DNA of 62,879 nt, filler included. It is 5 parts of 5 records of this genome, joined end to end, with 100 filler letters (N's around TTAATTAATTAA, not from the genome) between each part and the next. Parts side by side here need not be neighbours in the genome. Positions count along the whole stretch, not along the records: positions 16,552 to 45,859 come from SRR31156797_7734; 4 more parts are not named here. The stretch is one strand, 5' to 3'. The notes beneath the pieces are model-generated. The model did not search any database. It was not told the DNA's origin and saw nothing but the letters and a program-made list of their open reading frames with translations. The position numbers and the translations under genes are program-made. Of this stretch, positions 18,635 to 28,667 are shown piece by piece. Within the stretch, counting starts at the first letter, position 1. Each line of letters opens with the position of its first letter.

Positions 18635-19769
18635 CTTTATATGTAGACATAAAGTCTTTTAATCTATGTAAAACCTCTTTTGTTTTATCAGGAGCTTCCA
18701 CTAATGCTATACGAACATAATTTTCACCCATACCCTCACGTCCAAGATATCTTCCTGGGAGTACTTTAATAGATTTTTCTCTATAAAGCTCTTTTGTGAA
18801 TTTTAGATCATTATCAACTTTTAACCAGATATAAAAAGTTGCTTTAGGAGCTCTTACTCTTAATATCTCTTGAGCTAATTTCATATTTTCAGCATACAGC
18901 TTTCTAAAGTTCTCCACATGTTTTTCAGCTCCCCAAGCAGTTGCTGCTGCAGTTTGTAGTGGTAAAGGTATTGCACATCCAGTGTAAGTTCGATACTGCA
19001 TATATTTTTTTATGATCTCTCTATCTCCAGCTATAAATCCACTTCTAAGCCCTGGGGCACTACTTCTTTTTGAAATTGAATTTACTACTAAACAGTTTTT
19101 ATATGCTAAATTTCCAGCTTTTACACAAGCTTCTAAAAGTGATACTGGTTTATTTTTTTCATCAAAATATATCTCACTATAACATTCATCATTCATTAAA
19201 ACAAATCCGTGCTCTCTAGATTTTTGAACCCATGATACCAGTTCACTCATCAAAATTGTTGCACCTGTTGGATTATTTGGAAAATTTAATATTACAAGAT
19301 CGCATTCTTTAAGAACGTCATCATCCATACTAGGTGAAAAGTTATTCTCTTTTGTTAGGTTTAGATGGATAACTTTTGCTTTACTAGCAATGGCAGCACC
19401 CTCATATATTTGATAAAATGGATTAGTAAATGCCATAACTGGCTCTTCAATATCATGAAGTAAAAATTGAGGAAAGTTAAATAAAACTTCTCTCGTACCA
19501 AAAGTAGGAATAAGTTGAGCTGGTAGCACGCTTACTCCAAATCTTTTTTGTAAAAACTCGATCATGGCATTTTTTAAATACTCTTGCCCTGCTGTTGCTG
19601 GATATTTATTTAAAAGCTCAGCACTATGTACAAACTCTTCTTGAATAAACTTTGGTGTAGGAAACTGTGGTTCTCCAATAGTCAAAGTAGTGATTGGATA
19701 ATGGATATTTTCTGGTATCCCAGCTAAAAGATTATTTAGCTTTTCAAACGGATATGGTTCAAATTTCAT
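18603..19769 (-). CDS. dapC: Succinyldiaminopimelate aminotransferase (PLP class I/II)
   Basis: MKFEPYPFEKL, LTIGEP, NPFYQIYEGAA, DECYSEIY, SISKRSSAPGLRSG. Confidence 0.9.
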   Translation of the reverse strand: MKFEPYPFEKLNNLLAGIPENIHYPITTLTIGEPQFPTPKFIQEEFVHSAELLNKYPATAGQEYLKNAMIEFLQKRFGVSVLPAQLIPTFGTREVLFNFPQFLLHDIEEPVMAFTNPFYQIYEGAAIASKAKVIHLNLTKENNFSPSMDDDVLKECDLVILNFPNNPTGATILMSELVSWVQKSREHGFVLMNDECYSEIYFDEKNKPVSLLEACVKAGNLAYKNCLVVNSISKRSSAPGLRSGFIAGDREIIKKYMQYRTYTGCAIPLPLQTAAATAWGAEKHVENFRKLYAENMKLAQEILRVRAPKATFYIWLKVDNDLKFTKELYREKSIKVLPGRYLGREGMGENYVRIALVEAPDKTKEVLHRLKDFMSTYKGDDKGEDYLD

Positions 19770-19808
19770 GTAGTCTTACCCTTAGGTTTTTAAAGAGATT
19801 ATAACAAA

Positions 19809-20444
19809 CTAAAGCTTATGGATAAATCCTGTCCTTGGGATTAGTTCTATTTCACTACTCTGACCTAATTTATCTTTTAAAGTGATCAAGCAAGAGTTTG
19901 TAATCTCTTTTATATTTGTCCCTAATTGAGAATATATTTTCCCATCATATCCAAAGCTGAATTGTCCAATAGTTGAAGTGGTATTACAGCTAATATCAAC
20001 ACTGAGTATTCCATACTCTTTTGTTAAAAGAATATTTTTAGACTCATTATAACTTGGTTCACAATCATATCCACTATAGAGATATTTATTATTAAGAGGA
20101 TCTTTTAGTGTTTCAGCTTTTTTAAATGCCCCTGTTCCACCACTTTCATCACTAAAAACTACAAAATATAAACCATCTTCACTTTTACTACAACGTTGAA
20201 ACTTTAGACTCCATCGTTTCTTTTCCCATTCATTATCATCAAGATGGAACTTATTATCTGTAAAGGCTGTATATCTTACATAATTAAGATACATAACTAT
20301 ACGATCAGTTGCAATATCTAGTTTTGAAGTTTGTTTTTTAGGAATTGTGAATACAAGAATTAAAGAGATAAGAGCAATTACTAGAATTAACTCAAATATA
20401 GAAAAAGAGGGAAAAAGTTTTTTAGTATTTTTTTGTTTTATCAT
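19809..20444 (-). CDS. Type IV pilin/pseudopilin-like protein
   Basis: Basic leader, then S|FSIFEL (Glu at +5) and a hydrophobic helix. Confidence 0.7.
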   Translation of the reverse strand: MIKQKNTKKLFPSFSIFELILVIALISLILVFTIPKKQTSKLDIATDRIVMYLNYVRYTAFTDNKFHLDDNEWEKKRWSLKFQRCSKSEDGLYFVVFSDESGGTGAFKKAETLKDPLNNKYLYSGYDCEPSYNESKNILLTKEYGILSVDISCNTTSTIGQFSFGYDGKIYSQLGTNIKEITNSCLITLKDKLGQSSEIELIPRTGFIHKL

Positions 20445-20448
20445 ATTG

Positions 20449-20474
20449 AAAAACTACCATAAAAGGTAGTTTTT
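20449..20474 (-). terminator. Intrinsic terminator after aclA
   Basis: AAAAACTACC-ATAAAA-GGTAGTTTTT. Confidence 0.65.
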
Positions 20475-20489
20475 CTTTCTTAAAGAGGA

Positions 20490-22304
20490 TTAGATCTCTT
20501 CAGCTTGTGTTACATCATAAAGGATATCATCCCATGGATGTCTATACATTGGCATAGCTAATCGTTTTTCATCTAATATATGACCAATAAATCCAATAGA
20601 TCTTCCAAGGATAAAGAATGCATTGAGAGCTCCAGCTTCAATAAATACTTCGATCTCATCATCATCGTATCCTAAAGCTCTCCACATATCAACCATTAAA
20701 ATACCAATTGTACCATCAACATTAAGAATTAAATTCTCTTTTTTAGATGTAGTTAATTGCTCAACTGTTAATGCATAATCAAGTAAAGGAGTTGATGGGA
20801 AATTTGCTTTTGCAAAATCTTTAAGACCATCTACCCTTTTATCTGGGTTTTTCAATGATTTAATTCTATGTCCAATACCAGGAATCGCAATCCCTTGTTT
20901 TTTCATATATCCAAGGAACTCTGCTGGACTCATCTCATTATCATTTGCATATTTAAAGTACTTCGCAGCACCATCAATAGCTCCACCAAATCTAGGTCCA
21001 ATAGTTAAAAGACCTGCAATAAGTGAAGAGATAACATCTTTCCCAGCTCTTGCAGTTACTTTTGCATTATGTGCTCCACTTACTGCAGGACCGTGATCTG
21101 CTACAGTTTTTAATACTGTTTCTAAGAAATCAACTGCCCATCTTGGATATCTCTTTTTAAACCAAAGAATAGACATAACATCACCGATAGTGTATCCAGT
21201 ATCTGGTGTTGCAACACTAGAGATTGGTAATCCACAGTATGTAGCTTCTTCCCCTCTATCATCTGAAATTGTACAGATAAATTGTTTTGGCTTTCTTACT
21301 TTTGGACAAATATTTAATTCTGGCTCTTCAATCTCACCAATAGTTCCTTTTGCTTTAAGATCATTATATACCTCAGCAATCTTATTTGGAAGATCATTAA
21401 ATGATGCTGGTACATAGATACCCGCTTCAGCCATCGCTTTATTTTTTGCTGCAGCTGTTTCAGCATCTGCATTTGCACTTGCTCCTGCGTGACCAAATTG
21501 TACACCAGTTGAGAAGTGTTTTGCAATTGTACCAATACACCATGCAATTACTGGCTTAGTAATTTGACCAGATTTAACTGCTTCGATGATCTTATACTCT
21601 TCAGTTCCACCAACTTCACCAAGTAATACCATATATTTAACATCTGGGTTGCTTTCCATTCTTAGCATATTATCAATAAATACAGATCCTACGAATCTGT
21701 CTCCACCAATTGCAACACCCTCTGCAATACCATCAGCATTAATTGAGATGATATTTGAAAGCTCGTTAAATAATCCACCAGATCTAGTCACTAGTCCACA
21801 AGAACCACATCTATGAAGTTTTGAATTAACGATATTCTCAATTGTTCCACCAACATTTGCAATTTTAAATGCACCTGGGCTGATTCCACCAACAGTAGCT
21901 GGTCCAATCACGATCACATTTTTATCTCTTGCTGCTTGATTCATTTTTCTAGCAAGTCTCTCAGGGATACCCTCAGCTGTAACCATAATAGAGTTAAATC
22001 CACCCATTTCAAGAGCTTCCATTGTTACATCATATGCTGTTCTAAAAGAAGCAAAGTTTAAAAGTACATCTGCTTGTGGTTGAGCCTCTTTTGCATCAGC
22101 TGTATTTTTAAACGTAGGGATCATGATCTCATCACCACCCCAGAAAAACTTCTCAAATTTTCCAGAACTTGTTGGTGCTACGATAGCTGCAACAGAAGGA
22201 GTTTTTCTTTTAATTGTATAATCATAATCTAGCATTCTTTGGATTGCAGATTTATTGTTATTCCAAAAAATCGCTTGTGTGTCTTTAGTATATAATTGTG
22301 CCAT
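20490..22304 (-). CDS. aclA: ATP citrate lyase large subunit
   Basis: QRMLDYDY, GPATVGG, GVAIGGD, catalytic QFGHAGA, ADHGPAVSGAHN, IPGIGHR, LNVDG. Confidence 0.96.
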   Translation of the reverse strand: MAQLYTKDTQAIFWNNNKSAIQRMLDYDYTIKRKTPSVAAIVAPTSSGKFEKFFWGGDEIMIPTFKNTADAKEAQPQADVLLNFASFRTAYDVTMEALEMGGFNSIMVTAEGIPERLARKMNQAARDKNVIVIGPATVGGISPGAFKIANVGGTIENIVNSKLHRCGSCGLVTRSGGLFNELSNIISINADGIAEGVAIGGDRFVGSVFIDNMLRMESNPDVKYMVLLGEVGGTEEYKIIEAVKSGQITKPVIAWCIGTIAKHFSTGVQFGHAGASANADAETAAAKNKAMAEAGIYVPASFNDLPNKIAEVYNDLKAKGTIGEIEEPELNICPKVRKPKQFICTISDDRGEEATYCGLPISSVATPDTGYTIGDVMSILWFKKRYPRWAVDFLETVLKTVADHGPAVSGAHNAKVTARAGKDVISSLIAGLLTIGPRFGGAIDGAAKYFKYANDNEMSPAEFLGYMKKQGIAIPGIGHRIKSLKNPDKRVDGLKDFAKANFPSTPLLDYALTVEQLTTSKKENLILNVDGTIGILMVDMWRALGYDDDEIEVFIEAGALNAFFILGRSIGFIGHILDEKRLAMPMYRHPWDDILYDVTQAEEI

Positions 22305-22313
22305 CTTCTCTCC

Positions 22314-23645
22314 TTACTTCTCTAATGCCATTCTAACGATATCTGTTACGTGAGTCTCAGGACCATATACTTCAATAGTTAATCCTAATCTATCCGCAGC
22401 TTCTTTAATATCTTTTAGACCTTTTTCATAGTTTGGTCCACCACGTCTAACGTAAATCTTTGTATTATGCGCTTTTAATTTCTCAGCGTAGATCTCAAAT
22501 GCTTGAATAATACCAGTAAATGTTTTTGCAACATCTGTAAAGTTTGCAATTGCTCCACCAATGATCAAGATCTTATCTCTACCTTTTGCATCTTTATGTC
22601 TTGTCATAAGATCAAAGATAGTCTCTGCGTAGAATTTTGTCTCACCAGTAGTAGGTCCTCCACTATACTCACCATAGTTTGCAAGATCAGATACAGATCC
22701 ACCATTTGCTTCAGCAAAATCAGCAATTGTATCAGCATATACAACTGATGCTCCACCACCAGCAACCATTGTCCAAACTCTTCCCATTGGGTTAAGGATA
22801 GTAAGTTTTAATGAAGCACCTGACTTGCTATCTGCAACTGCGATAGCTTTTTCTTCAGGAGATTGATCTTCCATACCAAATGCTGTTGGGTATTCAATAT
22901 CTCCCCAAGTATCAGCCATCATAAATCCTGCAGTATCATCAAGTCTTGCAACTAAGTCTAAGATCGCCATATCATTGTTTGGTAACATTACAATTGGATT
23001 GATCTCTAAATATGCAAAGTTCATATCTCTATAAAATTTAAAGAATTCAATAGCAAATGATGCAAATGCTTCTTTATTATTTGCTGGGATATCTTTTGGG
23101 ATATTTGAATGAACTGCATGTTCCATATCTGCATCACTCATAGTGATAGGAACGTGTACTTCAACTACTTTATCATCCCACCCTTCTTCAACTTCCATAC
23201 CACCTTCAGCTGACATATAAAGAACATCATCTTCACCGACAGTTGTCGCAGAGATGTAATACTCTTGGTCTTGTGTATGTGGAGTAAACGGCTCAACAAC
23301 AAAGTGAGTCAATCTACCATGTTGACCAGATAAAAGTGTCACATCATGTGACATTTTCTCATCGATCCATTTTGCAGCTACCTCTAAAGATACATCTCCT
23401 GGCTTTTGATCTTTAAAAAGTACAAGATCATTCTTTCCTCTTTTTCCAAATAACATATCTGGTTTTGCTACTAAAGGCTCTTGCTTTAGCCATTCAAAAC
23501 CATGTTGTTTTGCTAAGTCTAATAATTCGCTTCCGCTTGTTACAAGTACAGACTTAAATCCATAATGAAATCCACTAAAATAGTTTTCCCATTGTTTAGA
23601 AAACAATGCTTTTCCATCATATTCTCGTATTGCTTTTTGTGCCAT
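22314..23645 (-). CDS. aclB: ATP citrate lyase small subunit (ATP-grasp)
   Basis: MAQKAIREYDGK, KPDMLFGKRGK, VAGGGASVVY, NYGEYSG, IANFTDVAKTF, RRGGPNY. Confidence 0.96.
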   Translation of the reverse strand: MAQKAIREYDGKALFSKQWENYFSGFHYGFKSVLVTSGSELLDLAKQHGFEWLKQEPLVAKPDMLFGKRGKNDLVLFKDQKPGDVSLEVAAKWIDEKMSHDVTLLSGQHGRLTHFVVEPFTPHTQDQEYYISATTVGEDDVLYMSAEGGMEVEEGWDDKVVEVHVPITMSDADMEHAVHSNIPKDIPANNKEAFASFAIEFFKFYRDMNFAYLEINPIVMLPNNDMAILDLVARLDDTAGFMMADTWGDIEYPTAFGMEDQSPEEKAIAVADSKSGASLKLTILNPMGRVWTMVAGGGASVVYADTIADFAEANGGSVSDLANYGEYSGGPTTGETKFYAETIFDLMTRHKDAKGRDKILIIGGAIANFTDVAKTFTGIIQAFEIYAEKLKAHNTKIYVRRGGPNYEKGLKDIKEAADRLGLTIEVYGPETHVTDIVRMALEK

Positions 23646-23758
23646 ACTTTCCCCTTGTTAGAATTTTATTTTATAATTTTAATAAGGAAAGGGTAAAAGT
23701 TTGCAAAAAGTAACACATTGGGAGAATTAAAAAGATTTATGTGTTTACTTTTGTAACA

Positions 23759-24970
23759 TTAATTGAGTCTAGAGATGATATAATAGGTATCTATTGTAAT
23801 ATTATTATAAGATATCTCTAGCTTCTCTGAATAGCTAGAACGTTTCGTATTATACAGTATATATTGTTTTGAGTCATCTATTCCATAAAACTTTAATCGA
23901 AGTTGCAGTTTCTCATCATAGCTATGAACCTCTGATATACCTTTTTCTTTTAACTTTAATGCTAACTCCTTAGCCACATGATAATTATAAGCAAAATGTT
24001 TTTTTGGATTTTCCATAAAAATATACAAATACTCATTTTTAAAAAAAAGAATAAAATTAATCACAAGAACAAGTCCTATAGCATAACTTAAAATATAATA
24101 CCCTTTTCTAAACTCTTTTAATCTTACACGAATAGATTGCATGAGAGTTTTAATCATAATAGGTATCGCTATTACAACAAAAGGAGCAAAATCCTCTATA
24201 GCAATTTTTTGACGAAGGGAAAAAACAAATGATAATACTAAGGCAGTAGTAGCAATATACCACAACATATCTTTTTGTTTATCTTTAATCCCTCTTCTAT
24301 AAATAGTATAGAAAAAATATAAAAATAGCAATGGAGAGAAAATAGAAGCATATACCCCAAAAGTATCTATAAAATATCCTCTAGGTTTACCACCAATATC
24401 AAAGCCATACATCCCCATTGATACTCCAAAAAAGACTAAAGTGATCACTATCAAGATATTGTCTTTTTTAGCCATTCCTCTAAAAAACAATGCCAAAAAA
24501 AGTATGGCAAAAGAGTTATCAATAAAGATATATAAAAAAAGCAACAGATAACACTCTTGTCCCTTTATCTTATATATATAAAGATACAATAAAGTAAAAA
24601 AGACCACTATAATGGCTTCATTTACTAGTAATGCTGCACTATTGACTCCAGGTAACATCATAAATACAGCAATACTTATAAGCTGATCTATCTTTTGTTT
24701 AAAATAATTTTGTGTTAAAAGATAAAGCAAGAGAGAGCTTGCCATATAAAACAATATAAAGGGGAGTCTAATCGCTATATCATTTTGACCTAAAAGAGAG
24801 GTAGATATATTTAAAATAGTTGAAAGGAGTAGGGAGCTTTCATTGAAAAAGATTTCAGCCTCTTTATAGGAGATGCTAAAATCATTGGCAAGTAATAGTA
24901 AAAATACAAAATGTAGAGTTAATAAAAAACCAAAGAGATATTTATATATTAAACTATTTACTTGCACCAT
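23759..24970 (-). CDS. Polytopic membrane protein, GT-C (ArnT/PMT-like) family
   Basis: Many TM segments, SISYKEA loop, IRLPF motif. Confidence 0.65.
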   Translation of the reverse strand: MVQVNSLIYKYLFGFLLTLHFVFLLLLANDFSISYKEAEIFFNESSLLLSTILNISTSLLGQNDIAIRLPFILFYMASSLLLYLLTQNYFKQKIDQLISIAVFMMLPGVNSAALLVNEAIIVVFFTLLYLYIYKIKGQECYLLLFLYIFIDNSFAILFLALFFRGMAKKDNILIVITLVFFGVSMGMYGFDIGGKPRGYFIDTFGVYASIFSPLLFLYFFYTIYRRGIKDKQKDMLWYIATTALVLSFVFSLRQKIAIEDFAPFVVIAIPIMIKTLMQSIRVRLKEFRKGYYILSYAIGLVLVINFILFFKNEYLYIFMENPKKHFAYNYHVAKELALKLKEKGISEVHSYDEKLQLRLKFYGIDDSKQYILYNTKRSSYSEKLEISYNNITIDTYYIISRLN

Positions 24971-24971
24971 G

Positions 24972-25541
24972 TTATAAGTCTAAAAAGTTTTGTATCATCT
25001 CATGCCCATATTGGCTCATAACTGATTCAGGATGGAACTGTACTCCATATATATCTTTATCTTTTATCTTTAATGACATGATCTCATGATCATCAAGACT
25101 TTTTGATGTAACTATGATATTTGTAGGGAGATTCTCTTTTTCAACAGTTAAAGAATGATACCTCGTTTCAGTCATCACCTTTGGAAGACCTTTAAAGATA
25201 AGATCATCACATACAACTTCTATTTGTGATGTTTTTCCATGCATCATATTAGGAGCTTTTATAACATTTGCTCCATATACCTGTGCAATACTTTGATGAC
25301 CTAAACATATTCCTAAAATAGGGATGGTATCTCCAAGCTCTTTAATCACTTCTAAACATACTCCTGCATCATCTGGAGTTGCTGGTCCAGGAGAGATTAT
25401 GATTTTTTGAGGATGAAGCTTTTTAATCTCTTCAACACTCATTTCATCATTTCTGATCACTTTTAGATCAGCTCCTAGTTCTAAACAATATTGAACGATA
25501 TTGTATGTAAAACTATCATAATTATCTATCATTAAAATCAT
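24972..25541 (-). CDS. pabA: Glutamine amidotransferase component II (PabA/TrpG)
   Basis: MILMIDNYDSF, SPGP, GICLGHQ, RYHSL, QFHPES; ATG 25541 preferred. Confidence 0.85.
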   Translation of the reverse strand: MILMIDNYDSFTYNIVQYCLELGADLKVIRNDEMSVEEIKKLHPQKIIISPGPATPDDAGVCLEVIKELGDTIPILGICLGHQSIAQVYGANVIKAPNMMHGKTSQIEVVCDDLIFKGLPKVMTETRYHSLTVEKENLPTNIIVTSKSLDDHEIMSLKIKDKDIYGVQFHPESVMSQYGHEMIQNFLDL

Positions 25542-25551
25542 ACTATTCCTC

Positions 25552-26493
25552 TTATAGATCATACATCTGGATTATTCCAGTTAGTTTATTTGTCTCATTA
25601 ACTACTAATAATGAGTTTATTTTATATTCAGCCATAAGATCATTTGCTTCTGTAAGCTTTCTTGTCTCTACAATAGTTTTTGGCTCACTACTCATCATAT
25701 CATCTGCTTTTAGATTAAAAAACTTCTCTTCCTCTTTTTCCATAAACCTTCTAATATCACCATCTGTGATAATTCCTACAATAGTATCATTTTCTAGAAT
25801 CACAACCAGACCACATTTTCCATCTGTTATTTTATGGATCACATCTTTTACATCAGCAGTTTTATCACATATTGGAAGATTATCTTTTTTCATAACACTT
25901 TCAACTGTAGTTAAAAGCCTTCTTCCTAAACTTCCTCCTGGATGAAACTTAGCAAAGTTTTCATCTTTAAAGTCACGTAGTTTCATCAAAGCTACTGCGA
26001 TAGCATCACCCATTACAAGTGTTGCTGTCGTTGAACTTGTAGGAGCAAGTTGTAATGGACAAGCTTCATGCTCTACATTTACATTAAGATGGTACTCTGT
26101 ATTTTTTGCTAAAGTTGATTCTGGATTTCCACTCATAGAGATGGTGATATTTCCACATGACTTTAGAAACGGTATAAGTTTTAATACTTCATCTGTCTCT
26201 CCAGAGTTTGAGATAAGTAATACGATATCATTTTGTTCTATCATCCCAAGATCACCATGATATGCTTCTCCTGGGTGAAGAAAAAAACTTGGTGTCCCTG
26301 TACTTGCTAATGTGGCTGCGATCTTTTTTCCTATAATCCCAGACTTTCCCATTCCTGAGATTATAAATTTTCCTTTGCTTTGATACACTGCATTAATTGC
26401 ATTTTCAAAATCATCTGTAAGTAAAACAGATAGGTTTGCTATCTCTTTAGATTCAATGGCAAAAACCTCTTTTGCTATTGCGTTAATATCCAT
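25552..26493 (-). CDS. kdsD: Arabinose-5-phosphate isomerase (KpsF/GutQ/KdsD; SIS + CBS)
   Basis: GMGKSG, STGTP, EAYHGDLG, APTSSTT, HPGGSLG, CBS pair. Confidence 0.92.
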   Translation of the reverse strand: MDINAIAKEVFAIESKEIANLSVLLTDDFENAINAVYQSKGKFIISGMGKSGIIGKKIAATLASTGTPSFFLHPGEAYHGDLGMIEQNDIVLLISNSGETDEVLKLIPFLKSCGNITISMSGNPESTLAKNTEYHLNVNVEHEACPLQLAPTSSTTATLVMGDAIAVALMKLRDFKDENFAKFHPGGSLGRRLLTTVESVMKKDNLPICDKTADVKDVIHKITDGKCGLVVILENDTIVGIITDGDIRRFMEKEEEKFFNLKADDMMSSEPKTIVETRKLTEANDLMAEYKINSLLVVNETNKLTGIIQMYDL

Positions 26494-26538
26494 TTTTATA
26501 TATTCCTTAAGTAATTAAATTATACTAATTATTATTCG

Positions 26539-26547
26539 ATTATACCA
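26539..26547 (-). promoter_or_regulatory. Extended -10 promoter for kdsD
   Basis: TGGTATAAT on the minus strand. Confidence 0.5.
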
Positions 26548-26555
26548 AAAGCACT

Positions 26556-26774
26556 TTAAGAATTGGGTGTTATAGTATATGTTGAAACCATTATTATAAG
26601 TAACATGAGTAGCATAATAACAAGATGTTTATGCCATCTTTTTTGCCAAAAAAGAAAAAAGTATCCAAATAAAAGCATAAGTTTAAATACTATAGCTATT
26701 TTTGTAAAGGCGATAGCACTTATACTTACTATTTGTAAAAACAGAACAATGTTTTTATTCTCATAATACTTCAT
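26556..26774 (-). CDS. Small hydrophobic membrane protein (72 aa)
   Basis: Two to three hydrophobic segments; ATG immediately follows the upstream TAG. Confidence 0.55.
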   Translation of the reverse strand: MKYYENKNIVLFLQIVSISAIAFTKIAIVFKLMLLFGYFFLFWQKRWHKHLVIMLLMLLIIMVSTYTITPNS

Positions 26775-26873
26775 CTAATCTTCCTTTTTAGAGTTATATA
26801 CTAAAAACCCTACCATTCCTCCAACTAATACAATTGCTAAAAATATTATTAGTGCCACATCTAATGTTCCCAT
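26775..26873 (-). CDS. Unannotated 32-aa single-TM protein MGTLDVALIIFLAIVLVGGMVGFLVYNSKKED
   Basis: Translated by hand; ATG directly after the rlmN TAA and TAG directly before the next ATG. Confidence 0.75.
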   Translation of the reverse strand: MGTLDVALIIFLAIVLVGGMVGFLVYNSKKED

Positions 26874-27944
26874 TTAGTTTTCCTTATCTGTTTTTTCTTT
26901 TAGTTGCCCACATGCTGCACTTATATCTATCCCTTTTGATTCACGAATAGTACAAAGGACTCCTTTTGATAAAAGATATTCTTGAAATCGAATCATATCG
27001 TTTTTAGATGGCCTTTTATAATCAGAGCCTTCAAATGGGTTAAAATAGATCAAGTTTACTTTTGCATCAATTCCATTTAAAAGCTTTACTAGTTTATCTG
27101 CTGATTTGATATCATCATTTTTATCTTTAATAACGAGATATTCAAACATCACCTTTTTTCTAGAATCAATAGGAAACTTTCTCACTGCTTCTATAATTGA
27201 TTGAATATTATACGCTTTATTCATAGGAATAAGTTCATTTCTTAGATCATCATCAACTGCATGAAGTGATATAGCAAGTTGTACCCCTAAATTCTCATTT
27301 CCAAGTTTTTCTATTTTTGTACTTATTCCACTTGTAGAAATGGTTTGTCTTTTTGTACTTATAGCTAATCCATCTAATTCAGAGATGATCCGTATAGCTT
27401 TTACAAGATTGTCATAATTATCTAGTGGTTCACCCATTCCCATATAAACGATGTTTACTGATTTATTTTGGGCTATGTCGTTTAGTTTTTTAAGATACTT
27501 TATTTGTGCTACTATCTCTCCTGCGCTTAGATCTCTTACAAAACCACCGCGTGCTGTTAAACAAAATGAACATCCAACTTTACACCCAACCTGCGAAGAG
27601 ATACAAAAAGTATACTGTTCACTTTTTGTTACATTTCCCTCTTCATCATATTGTTTCTCTTTCATTAAAAGTAGTACTGCTTCTGCTGTTTTTCCATCGA
27701 TAAACTCAAAAAGATATTTTTTTGTTCCATCTGAACTTTCTTCTGTTCTTATCACTTTAGCTATATCAATTGGATAGGTTTGAACTAATTCCTCTTTTAG
27801 ATTTTTAGGGATGTTTTTCATATCCTCATAAGAAGTGGCATAATTTTTATAAAGCCAATTATAAATTTGCTTTGCTCTAAATGATGGCTTGATTTGTTCT
27901 TGTAACTCTTTTAGAGTGTAGTCGTAAATTGTGTTTATTTTCAT
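26874..27944 (-). CDS. rlmN: 23S rRNA/tRNA m2A methyltransferase (radical SAM)
   Basis: [31 protein letters not shown]. Confidence 0.97.
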   Translation of the reverse strand: MKINTIYDYTLKELQEQIKPSFRAKQIYNWLYKNYATSYEDMKNIPKNLKEELVQTYPIDIAKVIRTEESSDGTKKYLFEFIDGKTAEAVLLLMKEKQYDEEGNVTKSEQYTFCISSQVGCKVGCSFCLTARGGFVRDLSAGEIVAQIKYLKKLNDIAQNKSVNIVYMGMGEPLDNYDNLVKAIRIISELDGLAISTKRQTISTSGISTKIEKLGNENLGVQLAISLHAVDDDLRNELIPMNKAYNIQSIIEAVRKFPIDSRKKVMFEYLVIKDKNDDIKSADKLVKLLNGIDAKVNLIYFNPFEGSDYKRPSKNDMIRFQEYLLSKGVLCTIRESKGIDISAACGQLKEKTDKEN

Positions 27945-27988
27945 ATCCTTTTACTTATATATTTATTTTGTATTCTCAATCTAATCGC

Positions 27989-28107
27989 CAGTGACTCAAA
28001 AATTAAAAAGTGAGGTTGCTCACTTTTGCTTTCTTGGCTCCACTTCGTTCCGACCATTTCAGTTCCAAACCTACAAACGACAAACTGTTGTCATTTGCTT
28101 ACGGTTT
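27989..28107. repeat. Intergenic palindromic element (copy 1 of a repeat shared with 32349-32398)
   Basis: Hairpins AAAAGTGAG-GTTG-CTCACTTTT (28006-28027) and CAAACGACAA-ACTG-TTGTCATTTG (28074-28097) with outer AAACC/GGTTT. Confidence 0.6.
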
Positions 28108-28665
28108 TTATGTTCCACGTGGAACATTTGAAACAATTATTTCTCTTTTTTCTAAATGTTCTACAAGTATATCCATTGCTTTATTATGATTTGATATAAA
28201 ATCTTGATGAGCTTTTTTATTAGTATAATTAGTGATCACAAAGATACCTCTTACATCTATGTTAAACTCTTTTGCTACTGAGACAATAGAAAAAAACTCC
28301 ATATTCTCTACTCCTATATTATAGGCTTTATATTTACTTGATATAGATTCATTTGTAGATATATAATTTGAAGAGTTTATTATCGTATCTTTTTGATATC
28401 TTGGATCTTCTGATCTTACTACATTATCAATGGGAGTATAGCTATTATTTTCTAAAAAAGACAATTCTACATTTGATGCACTTGAGCTTTCAACTATATC
28501 GAAAATATTATGATCTCCATAACTTCCTGCACTTCCAATAAAAAGGATATACTCAGGTTTATCAAATAAACAGATTCGTGTCATATTCATAGCACTTTCG
28601 ATAAGTCCAATACCAACAGGTGTTGCAAAAGGAAAAGTTTCATTATTTCCTGCACATACTATCAC
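28108..28665 (-). CDS. Nucleoside phosphorylase-like protein (PNP/UDP family)
   Basis: FIGSAGSY, ENMEFFS and ITNY motifs. Confidence 0.75.
   Translation of the reverse strand: MIVCAGNNETFPFATPVGIGLIESAMNMTRICLFDKPEYILFIGSAGSYGDHNIFDIVESSSASNVELSFLENNSYTPIDNVVRSEDPRYQKDTIINSSNYISTNESISSKYKAYNIGVENMEFFSIVSVAKEFNIDVRGIFVITNYTNKKAHQDFISNHNKAMDILVEHLEKREIIVSNVPRGT
28111..28126. promoter_or_regulatory. parS: parS centromere-like site
   Basis: Perfect palindrome TGTTCCACGTGGAACA matching the ParB/Spo0J consensus. Confidence 0.88.
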
Positions 28666-28667
28666 AC

